DNA of 63,925 nt, counting the filler, from Collodictyon triciliatum (taxonomy: Eukaryota): the NCBI GenBank assembly GCA_043381765.1. It is 4 parts of 4 records of this genome, joined end to end, with 100 filler letters (N's around TTAATTAATTAA, not from the genome) between each part and the next. Parts side by side here need not be neighbours in the genome. Positions count along the whole stretch, not along the records: positions 39,048 to 58,446 come from JBHJMP010001302.1; 3 more parts are not named here. The stretch is one strand, 5' to 3'. The position numbers were made by a program, and so were the translations under genes. The notes under the pieces were generated by a model. That model worked only from the letters and a program-made list of their open reading frames with translations, had not been told where the DNA came from and ran no database searches. Of the stretch, positions 39,048 to 52,802 are shown piece by piece; the stretch's first letter is position 1; each line of letters starts with the position of its first letter.

Positions 39048-40799
39048 CACATTCTAGGTTGTACACCATACCATGTGCTGTTTTTTGTTCAGATTTTCCC
39101 ATAGACTATTCGCACATCCGAATACAGGCATATGTATTTAATGTCTATGATTATTTTCAAAATAATTTCCGTACCTGATCCCAGTAAATGAGGATACTCA
39201 TATATTTTCATGCTTTTTTTTAATTTTGGGTGAAGAACTTTTTGATGTCACATACTTACCCACTTCCTCATGGCCTTGTTTGCGTCAGATTCCTGCATCA
39301 CCATACTGCTTCTATTGTGTAATTTTTTTGAGGTCAGCTTAAATTGAAAGACATGTTTTTTACTATCGATATTATTAGAGTGCAATTCTAGCTGTCTATA
39401 TGTCTTGGTTGCTGTATCTCTCATTGCCAGGCATTGATATTTTATTGCTAGAAATTTAATTTAGTTGAATACTTTAGAAATTCTTTTCTTGCCAATCATA
39501 AGGATGACTGTTTTATTATTTTCGATTATGACTTATCCAAATAAAAAATAGGACACATAACTGACCCTGGGGTTTTATTTAAAATCTCAGCCAATGTATT
39601 CACATTTTTCATTTATTCATCGATAGAGCCTATGATGGTTGCAGTATTGTAGTGTATCTTTCATGTATTATGTATAATCTTTTTCTCAGGATCATCTCCA
39701 TGCTACCATCCACTTCTTGACTGTAGATTCAATGCGGCAATTTATTTATTTATAGTAGTAGTCCCAAACAAAATAGTAAGGAGTTGGGCAGCCAGGTTGT
39801 CTCATAAGAGGATATATTGTTTGAAGCCAACTTATTTTTTTCTATTTCCTCAGTGTTAGATATCTAATATTCAGATTTTGTAGAATAATTAGTGCCGTAC
39901 GAGTGGGTGATGAAATCATTTGTCAATAACATACATTAAATTGCATTTTTAGATTAAAATGAAGTTTCAAATTTATTATCTTCAATCAAAATGTCGACAT
40001 CTACTTGCTACAGCGCATGCTACGGTGCAGGTTGCTTTTATGCCACAAAAGAAAAATACGGGTGTCTCAGACAGTTTTTTTTATGTTCTGCCCCTCAATG
40101 ATTAGAGAGAATCATACACACCAGAATAGAAAGTATGATTAATAGAGTCTCTCTGGACTTGATTCATCATGTTTAAATATCTCACTCATAGGATTGACAG
40201 CTGAGTTATGTTCAAGTTTGGAATTTGGTTGATGTACTCTCTTAGATCATTTGAATTCTGGTGTAATTAATTTCAACAACCAGAAAGATGAACAACAACA
40301 CCAAAAATTGTACAGATAACAGTTCTGTATCTTTTGCTCCACAAGCTCTAATTGCAAAGTATTCAACTTTTTAGCAGTATATTACATAACATTAGAAACA
40401 TTCTTCAAAACCAATATTAATCCACGTTGAGTGCACTACGAACGACAGTCTTGAGAATATCCCAAGTAACTTTGCATAATCTTTATTGCATTATAGCCCA
40501 GCACGTCTACAAATGTTTAGAATATGTCGGGTTTATTTCATGATTATATTTTTTATAAGCATAAATGAAAAAAAACACAATTCCAAACAGAATAATGATG
40601 AAGAGGCAATTATGTGATTTACTGCTCATTTTGCGTTGCTGGAAAGTCGAAAGCTGCTTTCAACTATCTCACACATTTATCTGTCGGAAATTACAAAAAA
40701 AATTCTTCGGACTTACACAAGCGACCAAAATAAGCGGTAACATGATGTTTTCACTGATTATTAAAAAAAAATACCGCATAGATATATGATTTTGCGCAA

Positions 40800-41950
40800 A
40801 ATGATGCTGCGGTCGTATTACAATAGAAAATGATATGGTAAGTAGATTTACCTCGGGTATTTAGAAGAGAATAGCTTCATCTTGCTTTGCACCGACAGTA
40901 ACGAACCTGCGGCGGCTGGTAGCCTATCAGAAAAAGGATTGGTTGGAAGAAAGCAAGAGTTTGGGGATTGAAAGGCGAAAAACTACTATTCCAAGTGGAA
41001 CCGCTATCCATTTTGCGTTCATTGCGAAGGCTCATTTTAGCATATCCCCTTTTCCTCCTTTTCTCCCCTATTCGAACTACACAGAGTCCAGTGTTTTGCA
41101 TCATCCTTCTGGTTCAAATTTCAGGTTTCGCCGCCACGATTTCCAATCCATTTTATTTTGTTTTTTTCATGTTTTTCAATTTTTGTGGGTCAACCATCGG
41201 ATATGTCCTGGCCATGTCCAACAATTAAAGTAATATTATCCAACAGGAAAGTTACAGCCCATGATATGGGTTTTTCTGCATTCCTATCAGCAAGTACATG
41301 TTACTGTGAGGTCAGGGCCTGGTGCTTTGCGCTTCGGCATGGACTTGATTGCGCCACACAATTCGCTGTCATCAATATTTTTGACCATGGATTCTGCCTC
41401 CTTTTCGTTCGCCACAGAGCAGTTGTTTGTTACCAGGTCGAGGGTTGCACGGTCAAAGTCTCGTTTCTTCCACACATCGGCGTAGAAGTTTTGGATGTTG
41501 GTTTTGCCAATCTCTTCAGGTGGCAGCGGTTCATTCTCGTCTGACTCTGGCAGTGGAGGGTAGAGCGTCATTTCTTTTTCTTTTCCGAGTCCAAAGAACC
41601 ATCGGTCGATTTGCTCGTAGTACCTGATGTGTCGTGATTCCCATTTTCGTCTTTCAGCTTCGATGTCCTCCGATAGCCGTGCAATCGGTTTATCTTCGAC
41701 CGATACGATTTTCTTTTTACGCCCTTCGCTCCACGATGAGGGTTTTGTAGAGGTTGACATGAGAACATATCTTTCTCGTTCGAGTGTCCTTCTCTCTATG
41801 TTGCTTTTTTTCTTGAATTCGCTGGATTTCTCGTTGAACAAGGAGATGAGCTTATCTTTGACAGCCTTCCAGTCGGCGTCTATCGGTTCATCCTCTGGCG
41901 TGTTGAAGTGAGACCTCAGATTGTGACTGATTTCTTCTACAATCACTATA
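40800..41950 (-). mobile_element. Decayed non-LTR retrotransposon (L1/Tx1-like ORF2) fragment
   Basis: Intronless ORF 41946..41287 with WKAVKDKL..., RWFF, IQNFYADVW and DSELCGAIKSMPKRKAPGPD, the region immediately before the LINE RT domain (KAPGPDG motif). The frame then breaks. Downstream, YCRCKAR*..STYHIIFYC resembles a degenerate C-terminal zinc knuckle. Confidence 0.78.
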
Positions 41951-42717
41951 TCTACTCATTTTGTGCAACCAGAAATCCGATCAAGACCGAATGTCGATGC
42001 TGTGACAAAAAACAATTATTTTCCACATATGTACTAAACTCGGCTGCTTATTGTGGAGCACAGGCTTTTTTCCGTTTTCGTTGTCCTCAATGGGCTTTGC
42101 TACCGCCCCAGTGAAGAACGATAGATCTATTTCATGGACACAATTTATCGCACGCAGAACGGACGAAAGGGGCACGGGAGAAAAAACGAGGGAGACTGGA
42201 GAGGGCACGGGTCAATCAAAAGTGCCTGTCATCAGAAACACCCCATGTGACTGATATATAACTCCAATTTTCTTTTGCTCCTGCTTTTCTCTGCCATTTT
42301 TTCTTTGTGTGGTGGCTAACTTCTTTATCATTCTGTCAGCATTCGTCTGCTTAGGGGAAGCCTGGGTTCCTTTTTCCTTTTTCCCTTTTCCCTTTTCCCT
42401 TTTCCTTTTTCCTTTTTCCTTTTTTTATCTTTCCTCGGTTCTCAGCTTTTGCTGCGACACGCTCCGCTGGAATCAGACCTAAAATCAGACTAAATAACTG
42501 GCTTCACATCCTGTTAGATTCCAGCAGAAATTTTTTTTTATTTGTTGAATGATTATTTGTAAGACCTAATCACCCAAGAAAAAAAAACCCAACACCATCA
42601 GCTATAAGTGAGAGGCTCTATTCACTCACAATTCTTTGATTCCTACCAACTAGAGCCTTATCTTTTATTCCCTGGCCCCTCTTCCTTAATTTATCTATAA
42701 AGTAATTAGACAAAAGT

Positions 42718-42748
<31 letters not shown>

Positions 42749-42843
42749 GTAAAAAAATAATGATATGAAAAAGAAAATAGGAAGATTAAGAATAAGAGGA
42801 AACGAGTAATGACACTAATATAAAAAATACATTTTGTTTAGTG

Positions 42844-44149
42844 ATGGCTACACTATCCTCGCAAACTTTTCGACCTCGAAAAGGGATCGTTTGGAAGAGA
42901 AAAAGCTTCGTGAAGTCCTGGCGATCGCGTTATTTTGTTGCCCAGGTGCCTGGTATCTTAGAATATTACAGTCCAAGAAAGATGACTCGGAAGCTGGCCA
43001 CAATTAAGTATGGATTCATAAATCTATCCAACTGAAATTGATATGGTTTCCAAAAAAAAAAAAAAAAAAATGTTGTCTCATTTGGGGCCATGGGATTGAA
43101 ATCACGCGACCCTTGACAAAACTTTGTGCAAATGCACCATGACGATCATCCAGGGATGATAGTCATTACATATTTCCCACCCTCAAAATTTTTTTCTTAT
43201 TGCCAACACTCATACCCTTCTTTATGAATGCAATCACTTAAGGCTTTGTAAGATAATCTTTTATGGTATATTCGAACACCGACATGTTTCGGGCTCTTTA
43301 CGTTTTTGAATTATTTTTTTTGATGGATAAATCTAACATGACAAAAAACTAGCTTGGCAGATGCTGCTATCGAGGCATCGAGAACGAAAGAGGACCAATT
43401 TAGTATCGTAATAGAATCAAAAGTCATACATGTGAGGCTTGTAACAAAGGAGGAGAGGGATGCATGGGTAGAAACCTTGGTCATGTCAAAGAGAGTTTAT
43501 CTACAGAGTTTATCGCGGTACGCTCTGATATGATTATTAAATGGCCAAGAGGCCCCTTTTTTTCCTCATGAAGGGCTCATTATTCACCTTATTTTGTAAT
43601 AACCAAGTCGCCCGTCATGTAACTCTTGAAAAATATTTCGCATCCAAGTATCATGAGTGGCGGGATGCTACTTCAAAATTATAGAATATTTGTTGTAGTC
43701 ATTTGATGATTGAATATTCTCTGTCCTATTTTTATTTTCTCGAAAAACAAAGCAACTTCATGTATTATTAATTGTTATTGTGGTTATATTTATTAAAAAA
43801 AAGCACCCGTTTTTTGTTGAATAATACTGTGTTTACATATTTATAGAATAGAAGAGCGAGCGAGGTATATGCCATCTACTAATATCACAATGGTAAAGGA
43901 GCATATTGAATCAGTCAGAAGCCACCAGGTCAAATTCGTAGCACACCTTAAGCGACTAAAGGCTCGAAACGGCAGCGCTGCACAGAACGTGGAGAATATC
44001 GCAAATGATCTTATAGGCGTGATAAATCAATGCATGGAGAGGATAGAGAAATCTTCAACAGAAATTTCCTTAAAGCTTACTAACGAAGAAGATATAGATT
44101 CCTTCCATTCATGTCAAGTAAGCAAACCGAGTATATTCGACAGTCAATT
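42844..44149 (+). CDS. N-terminal PH-domain protein (OSBP/ORP-like?), truncated by the gap
   Basis: KGIVWKRKSFVKSWRSRYFV..GILEYY..|NLADAAI..FSIVIESKVIHVRLVTKEERDAWVETL forms a PH fold. It is followed by a helical region and the acidic FFAT-like EEDIDSFHSC. Confidence 0.75.
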
Positions 44150-44445
44150 NNNNNNNNNNNNNNNNNNNNNNNNNNNNNNNNNNNNNNNNNNNNNNNNNNN
44201 NNNNNNNNNNNNNNNNNNNNNNNNNNNNNNNNNNNNNNNNNNNNNNNNNNNNNNNNNNNNNNNNNNNNNNNNNNNNNNNNNNNNNNNNNNNNNNNNNNNN
44301 NNNNNNNNNNNNNNNNNNNNNNNNNNNNNNNNNNNNNNNNNNNNNNNNNNNNNNNNNNNNNNNNNNNNNNNNNNNNNNNNNNNNNNNNNNNNNNNNNNNN
44401 NNNNNNNNNNNNNNNNNNNNNNNNNNNNNNNNNNNNNNNNNNNNN
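44150..44445. other. Scaffold gap (296 N)
   Basis: Run of N. Confidence 0.99.
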
Positions 44446-44611
44446 AGGACTCGTGCGCATTGTCGTCTCCGCCCCAGTAATACGGATTAACGTCACACAC
44501 AGTGCTGGCTGGGATGGGATAGTCGAAGCTGCGAGTAGTCGGAAAGGTTGTGCAGGCAAGAGTGACTATGCACAACAGCACAGTCTGGCCTCGCATTAGT
44601 TGGCCTCGCAT
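44446..44611 (-). CDS. 5' fragment of a probable secreted protein running into the gap
   Basis: MRGQLMRGQTVLLCIVTLACTTFPTTRSFDYPIPASTVCDVNPYYWGGDDNAHES has a signal-peptide-like N-terminus, and the frame stays open into the gap. Confidence 0.45.
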
Positions 44612-46022
44612 GGGACTATTGACTATTTTCAAACTTTATTTCTTTTTTCGGTTTGCCTTGGTGGGTTGCTTGGACTTGATGTTTTACTTGGTTGAAAAGT
44701 GTAGGTCTGTTTCAAGAAAAATATATTTAATGCAAGTTCTTTGTCATTTCTCGAGACAAGCTTTCTCATTTTTCTTTGGAATTAGAATGGATGTGATGAT
44801 TTTGTTGTGAAGTTTCTGGCTTTGTAGATGTTTGCCAAAGAGGGCATATGATTGTGCTTGTTCAAATTGAAAAAAAGATTAGAATGAATCACAACAGGTC
44901 ACGTGGGGTCAATCAAATATCTGCTTTCTCTTTCCCATTCCTCTGACTCGACTTTAAGTTGAGACTGTAGAGCGGCTTCCATTTGTGCGAACAGAACCAT
45001 TTTGCCTCACCAACTTAAACGTTGTCTCTGATCAGTTCCTCCTTCGCGTTGTTCACGCCTCTGTGCACTTACGTTTCGCCCGGTTCGACTAGGGTGTACA
45101 TCACAGCCGATCACAGAGCCATCAAAGCCGGCACTAGTAATCGCTATCTTAGCCCTTCGTTCCGTTGCAAAATATGATACAAATGTGGATATTCCGAATG
45201 TTTCTGCAATCGGAACTTATCTTGAGCAAAAGGTTGCACCTAATGTGGGTATTTTCATTGGACGGAGTAGAACTTTTCTTTACAAGGAATAAATTATGAT
45301 TTACCAGAAGTGGATTTCCCGCAATTGTCTTTATATAGGAAATTGGCCGTTACACATCTGCTTCAAAAGGAAGTATTAGTTACCTGTTTCGCAAAAACGG
45401 GTTCTGTGGCCTTATCCTCACAAGATGCAGCAATTCGCCCGAATACACCTCCCTTGTTCAACGAATACATCCAAATATGGGCACATTCAATCGAAACATA
45501 CAAAGGGCTGTTCCAATCCCAGAATCCGTTGACCCCTCCAGAAATGGATGAAGCAGGCTGCAAGCCGTCCAGTCGTCGTTTTCTCTGGGTGTGCACAAAA
45601 TAGGTTAATCCTCTGCACATCATCATAACGGTCTTTCTCTTCAAAAATAGAACTTTCTTTCTGCCACCATCTGTTGGGCCCAAAGGGAAGAAGAACATTC
45701 GAAAACACGCACGGTGATGACTTTGTCGAAACCCGACTCTGCCTTGCGCGAATACTGCATGGAGATATGGAAGCTGGGCTCATACCTTTGTCTCACTCAC
45801 AATCCAGCAAAGTCCAATCCACAAAGACATCAAAAGCAACAAAGCAATTACCCTCTCATGTTGGTGATGGAATACAAAACAACACGCCCTTCTTGCAACT
45901 CTCCCCAAAAAAAGCCTTTGGAGATGCAAAATGATCCTCTTTTTATTCAAAGGAAAACAAACCGCGAATAACACTATTATTCACGCAGCAGATCTGAAAG
46001 AACCGTTCAAAGCTACCCACCA

Positions 46023-49000
46023 ATGCAACACTCGAGGCTGCTCTCCTCTGTCTTGGCAGTTCTGTCCTTGCTGGCAATAATCGTGGCAAGCAGTGCCGCT
46101 CAAGGAGACTTTTTCACGTCACAAAAGCATGTTGAAAACAAAGGGCAGGATACTTCGCTTCCTTGTGACACAAAAGTGGACAATCTTCTTCAGTCGTGGG
46201 GAAAAACTCTATTTTGCATCAACCAAACAGAATACACCCTGCAGACTTTGGCCAATGGCGCGGTGTTTTCAGCCTCAGAACTGCGCTCAGTCTGCGAAAC
46301 ATGTGAAGGCTTCTTTGAAGAGGTTTGTGGGTTTTGCTTGACACTGGTGTGAACGATCCACTCATACTTTGACCTTCTTTTTTTTTTTACACTCAGAAAA
46401 ACGAAAAAAAAAAAAAAAAGGACTCATGACTAAAAATCATCTGACCAATACATACCAATATCATTGTTTTATCTCACACAGAGCGTGACATTATATGGCG
46501 ATGCGAATCAAAGGTGCGATCTAAATGATTTCTCGTCTAAGCTGACAAACTTCTTTGCCACATTGTACTATTCAACTCGAAAATACCCGTGCTTTGTGAC
46601 TCGTGACAACTGCACCACAGTTAATGCGAATGGATTCTGCCAGAATAATGCTGTATGTTTTATAATCTTAACAGCCCATCAGTCGTTTTCTATTGTCATC
46701 AATTCAATTTTATCTCACATGTTCTATGATATGAAGATCTGGGAAAGCGCAGGTTTGTCTGTCCCAGGCAGTCAAGGTGAGCGCATGTGTAATCTGGCGA
46801 TTGAGACCTCCTGTGAGATGAACCCTTCGCAGCCATATTGCTATGTATGTATTGGAATCACCAGCATTATTTCTTTTTTTTAAAAAAAAAAAAAATTGAG
46901 CACAAAAACTAGCATGTTTTTTCTCTAATGGTATTGGACATCATATTTATTAACAGTGCTCGGCTGGCTTATGCCACTTGAAAGTGACGTCCGATTTGGA
47001 CGTAGAATACATGGATGTATCCGTCTATGAGGTACTGTTTTCTTGTTTTTAAATTTACTTCATTAATGGAATTCGGACTTTTCATTTCAGTTTTTTAAAT
47101 ACATACTTGATTTACAAGTATACTGATTTCCCAAGAAGAGCGTTTTGAAAAGCGGCTAACCTTCACATCATAAATTTCTCTCTTTTTTCACATTAACAGA
47201 TGATGTGTGATCGTACTGGTACTGTTGCAAGTCTTCTCGATAGTAATCATTCATTTCTCATCATGCCAAAACACATACTTCGTTATCATAAATGCGCCCA
47301 TGAGGAAATTAAATATTGGGCAAGTTTCTAAAGGCAAAATATTACCTGAATAGTGGGGAGGGACGTGGATATAATCGATGCTGATGACAATAGCAAGGTA
47401 CTTGTAAGGCTGAGTCAAGCGTGGAAGAATCCCCCACTTCTTTGGCAAGAGAATAACTGTTCATTGCCGGATGCTAGTGTGACTTTGTTTGGTGATATGA
47501 GACGCTGTACAAAAGGTTAGTTTTTTATAAAAATAATAATAATAATGAAAAGAAATGAAAAGAAATGAAGTAAAAATATATTGGGCTATGATGTCACTTC
47601 AGTCACTCAAATGTTTATCAGGATTTAGTTGCCCGGTAGCAGATGGGCACATCGAACGAATGTCATTTTGTGAGCCTGGCTATTACTGCCCAGACTCTGC
47701 AGGGCCATCCATTAAGTGTCCGGTTGGCTACTATTGCCCGGCCGGAATGTGGAAACCAGTTAGTAAGTTTGATATGTCAATCTCTATGATGTCCTAGCCT
47801 ACTTTCATGAATTACTGTCGTATAATTGGGATTCTCATTAACACATTATCGGCAGAGTGCCAGATGTTGAGTGTTTGTCCAGAGGGTGCCATGGTAGATA
47901 CACCGTTTAACGGAGTCATCATGGCTATTATTTTTCTCATTATTGTGCTGGTTGCCTACCGAATCATGAAAAGCCGAGAAGAAATCGCATGGGTTCGGAT
48001 GTCCGAAGGTACGAGACAAAATATTAATTGCTTGAATATTCTCACCCACTCGCTCTCAAGTATAAGCAGGCCATTCTTACACCGCCAACGAAAAAAAAAA
48101 TAATGAACTTATCCTCACAATGTAGAGGACGATAAAAAGGGCGAAAAGGTATTCACAAAAGTCCGGAATGACAACGACGAAGAAAATGAACACGTAGAGG
48201 TGGAAGTCGATGCGTCTACTGTCATGAAAGACGTATGTTGCTTTTAATTTATTGTTTCAAGGCATATCATTACGTCGTCAACGAAAGTAACGTACTTCAA
48301 TTCACCAGGTAGAAGCCCGGCTTAACATCAAATTCAATGACTTGTCAGTAACTATTCCAGCGGCGGACGGAAAATCTGAACCCAAAACAATCATGTCTGG
48401 TGTGAATGGAAAATTCTCCAGTGGCAAAGTAAAAATAGAAAAGAGAAAACTCTAAGAAATAATCATTTGAAATTTTATGTGTTTGATTTCTAATTATGTC
48501 GCTTTAATGTTTTCATTATTTTTGGGAAAAAGGTTACCGCTGTGATGGGACCGAGTGGCTCAGGAAAAACAACGTTGATAAACTGTCTCCTAGGACAAAT
48601 CAATCGAAGCGGGGGAGAAGTCCGTATCAATGGAGAGATAGATGAGCTCTCTGAGTACCGAAAGATTATCGGATTTGTACCTCAGGTTCCTATAAAATTT
48701 TCTTGCGTCATCATGAATATACGACACCGCATCAGTATCTACTTTTTTATTATTATTATTATTATTGGAATAGGAGTTTAAAGTATATGTATTTTGTTCA
48801 TAACTTCAAACTTATCACAAATATTACACAGGACGATATTATGATTAATATTTTGACAGTCAAAGAAATCTTGATGCATAGGTGGGTGCTTTTTTAAATA
48901 ATATTCAAGTCAGTTAGTTTTTTTTATAGTAACAGATTAACTGAATTTTGAGAAACTATAACAAATTTGCCAATATATGGTCGGCGTATCAGCGCACTGA

Positions 49001-52000
49001 CAAGATTATCGAGAAAATGGAAATACAAGGATGTCGAAAGCCAAGTCAATGCTGTCATTCATCTTCTAGATCTCACAAAGGTTCCTCACAGTTCTATTGA
49101 AGAAAGAAGTTGCAAACTAGCAATCATATATGTTTTGATTCTGATACTGAAAGGTACGTTTCGTTGACTTGACTCATAGGTTCGTAACTCCATAATCGGA
49201 GATGAGGTTGTCCGAGGTATTAGTGGTGGTCAGAAGAAGAGAGTAAACATTGGGATGGAACTGGTGATGAATCCCGCTATGTTGATATTGGATGAGCCGA
49301 CGACAGGATTGGACAGCAGCACAGCACTTGAGGTCTTTAGCATAAATCATCTCAGCAAATTCACGAAGCCGATTTAATTTTATGAAAACTCACCGTTGTT
49401 TCAATCCAAGGTTGTTCGCTACCTGAAGTTGGTTGCCACACAAGGCCGTACGGTTGTAGCAATCATCCACCAACCGAGGTTTTTCCGATTTACCAATTTA
49501 TACAAGAATAATAATGATCTGAACCCATTCGATTATTGCCGTCCATTTTGTGGTAATCTCTCAAAATACTCACGCGCAAACATTAAAATTCAGATATGAA
49601 ACATTTGCTATGTTCGACCAAGTTTTGATGCTTGCAAAAGGAGGTCGGACCGTGTATGAGGGAAGAGCTCCGTGAGAATTATTTTTTTCATCTGCTGATA
49701 TAATCGCATCAATAAGCATTGAGCCTCATCATACAATTTCAAAACGTGCCCTTACGTCTTTACTGCAACCGACAAACAGGCGCGCATTGGAGTATTTTAC
49801 TCAACTTGGATTTCACTTGCCCTCAAACACGAACCCTGCTGACTTTTTCATGGACGTGATTTCTGGAAAGTGCCCTCGTCAGGGGTTTCCTGATTTCTTG
49901 GTAATCACCTATAACATTATTTTAATTCTGTTTTCATTCATGAAGATATTCACCCCAAGAAACGAATATGCCATTATATTGGAGTCGAATACCTCATTAA
50001 GTTCAATCATTATTTCATCTGCAGCCGAACGATTTGGTGAAGATATGGTCTGATGTGTCCTCTGGACAAAGCTCGGCACCCATTCCTCGCTCGAACACGG
50101 CAGAGTCTGTTAACCTTGCTGCTGGGCCTGTGGACAAGGATATTCGTGTTGTTCCAAGCTTTTGGAGCCAGCTTGTCTATTGTACAATGTCTGACTTTAT
50201 TGTTTTAAGAAAAGAGCTATATTTTATACTTTGTATATTAGTATATTGACTAGTATTGTTCTTCGGTGACTGTGATTTCTGTTCTGTGCATATGTTATCT
50301 CTTGAATCATAGAAAAATCTCGAAACATGATTATATTCGGAAAGAAGAGAAAGAGGAAGTTTAAAGTAAAGCTGAATTTTGTGAAATTCATAGGAGAGGA
50401 TTTACGCAGAAGTATCGAAGCCCGACAACCACCCGAACATACCTGCTTATTCATCTTGCAATTGCCTTTGCCCTCGGTTCGGGTTTTGCACAAGGCTCTC
50501 GGATGTACCTTCCTCCTCTGCCTCGGTGGTTGGCTGAATTCTGTCCTCCAGTGGTGAAAGACCTTTGTCTCAAGGAAACGCTGTTTGACACAGCTGTTGT
50601 TCAGGTGCATCAGTATTTCCAACAGAACAGATAGGGGGAGAGAGAATGGTCGAAAAAAAAAACTAATCACATGTGTTTAAATTCTTTAGTCCTCCTTTTT
50701 CGTGAATCTTTCTGTGGGTGCATGTGCGATTGTGGTTTCTGTCTTGAGTTTTGGAGACGAGTTGCCGATCTTTTGGAGAGAACATAGGTCGGGAACAAAC
50801 AGTCTGGCCTATTATATTGGCAAGAATCTCGTTGACATGTTTTGGGTTGTGGTATGATTTTATGCGATTGATAAATGTACACTTCCGTCTAATTATGTGT
50901 TCAAAACATTAAATTTTACATCGAAAACATTTTATACAATCAAGGGTCGTGTGATTGCACTTTGCTAAAGCAATGTCAATGGCAATAGTAAATGAATTGA
51001 TACATTAATAAATGCCCGTATAATCCTTACAGTATGGTTCCCTGTTCTTCACCGGAGTGCTTGTGGTGATGCTTCGTCCAACGACGTCCTTTGCCGAATA
51101 CTACACACTGATTCTCAGCCTGGAGTTTACTGGTTACGGAATGGGTTATCTGATGAGCGTTCTTTTTAGCAAAGAGAGCGCTCATGTTGTTGGTGTATGT
51201 ATCTTATTCCTCTGGCATTATTAAGCCCAATTTATATCTACAGAAGAATAGAATTTCATAACTTTTTTTCTAAAATTGAAAAATTTAACACAGGAATGTA
51301 TCAAATAATAAGCACGAAGATTAAAAAAAAAAAATTTTTAAAAAAAAAGGGCAATCGAACATTTTTTTGAATCTGTGTGTGTGATGTAGGTTGTTGCATT
51401 ATTCGCTTTTTGTGTATGTTCGGGAATTTCCCCGCAGCTGGAAACAGTGTACTCGTCCTTCTCTGTTGCTCGTGTATTTTGGGACTTGTCATTCCCTCGT
51501 TACATCGCGGAAGCTGCATTTGTGAATGTGTGTCTCGTTTTTCCGTTCTCTTTTTCTATCCAATCTTTATCTGACTTTTGATTTTAAAAGATATAGTTTG
51601 GCTACCGCATCATAAATACGTATATGTGTGGAGTTGCCATTCCAATCCATGCAGAATGACGTCTGATTTTGATTATACACTATGCAGATGATACAGATAT
51701 ACGCTTCTGATGACTCTCCCTACCGAGATGAGGTTATCCACAACGTAAATTCCCGAGGGTATGCAGTATTCATTTCAAATCACAATACTATTTTCCAGAC
51801 GTTCACTTCCCTCCCAGATTTCTCTTTATTTTTTTTCATTATGTATTACAAAAAGAAAAATTGGAATCATGTATATATCTGATGCCATCCAAACTCCTAC
51901 CAGGTACGACATTGACAGTTATGCAAGGAATATCGTCATAACATTTGCAATTGGAGTTGCATATCGCATCGCAGCGTATTTTTTCTTGATTCGAAGTGCC

Positions 52001-52015
52001 AAAAAGAAAGAGTGA
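46023..52015 (+). CDS. ABCG half-transporter with signal peptide and Cys-rich extracellular N-terminal domain (plant ABCG24/28- / yeast Adp1-like architecture), >20 exons
   Basis: Signal peptide, Cys-rich repeats ([19 protein letters not shown]) and a TM helix, then the [66 protein letters not shown]-terminal TMD follows; stop at 52013-52015. Confidence 0.93.
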
Positions 52016-52802
52016 TTTCTCGTGGTGTGGCTCTACCATCAAACTTTCATCAATACCTTTTCCTTTTCTTTTTCTTTTTTTTTTTTTATTCCGTCCCCAC
52101 CTTTTCCTTTTTGATGTTTTATTAGGATTATCTCCTCGCCTCTCGTCCCAACTAACTTCTTTTTTTTTTTCTTTTATTTCTTTTTGAATCTTGATTTTAA
52201 TGGCACGAATAATATTAAGAAAATAATGATAAAAAAAGAACTCGGCTAATTGGTCACACAGCTTCAAAAGAGAAGACGAGGCGGCCAACAGAGGGCAAGA
52301 TGCCCGCTCCTCCCTTTCCGGTTCTGGCGCCCGAAATCCTGCAGAAAATATATTCCAGAAATAGCCCAAACACGCACAGCGCCAGTGTGGCTGGCCACAG
52401 GCTTTCCATAGCCCGAACAGCGTCATCTCAACTATTCATTGAAAATACCCACATCCATCTCCGTTCGTTACTCACAACTGGTGGCAGAACAATCCATTAT
52501 GAATATCCAACCTGCATCCCTCGACTCATTTCTAACCAGATTTCCACATATTTAAACATTTGACACATCAAGACGCAGCCATGTAACATGCACTTTAGCT
52601 GGAAAACCCACAAACCCACACACACATACACACACACCAACCACACAGCAAAGGCAGATATTCCCAACACAACACACAACGCGGTCAAAGGCAGGCAGGC
52701 GAAGAAAGAGGCTGTGGAGGAAAAGAGAGAGAAAAGAGGCTCAGTAGCAAAACATTCCAACACACCCTTTGCCCCTTCCCCCACCACACACACAGGAGCA
52801 GC

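Noticed and set aside
45070-45100. GGTTCGA tRNA T-loop/B-box-like motif
   Set aside because: The flanks do not pair as a T-stem and no cloverleaf can be built.
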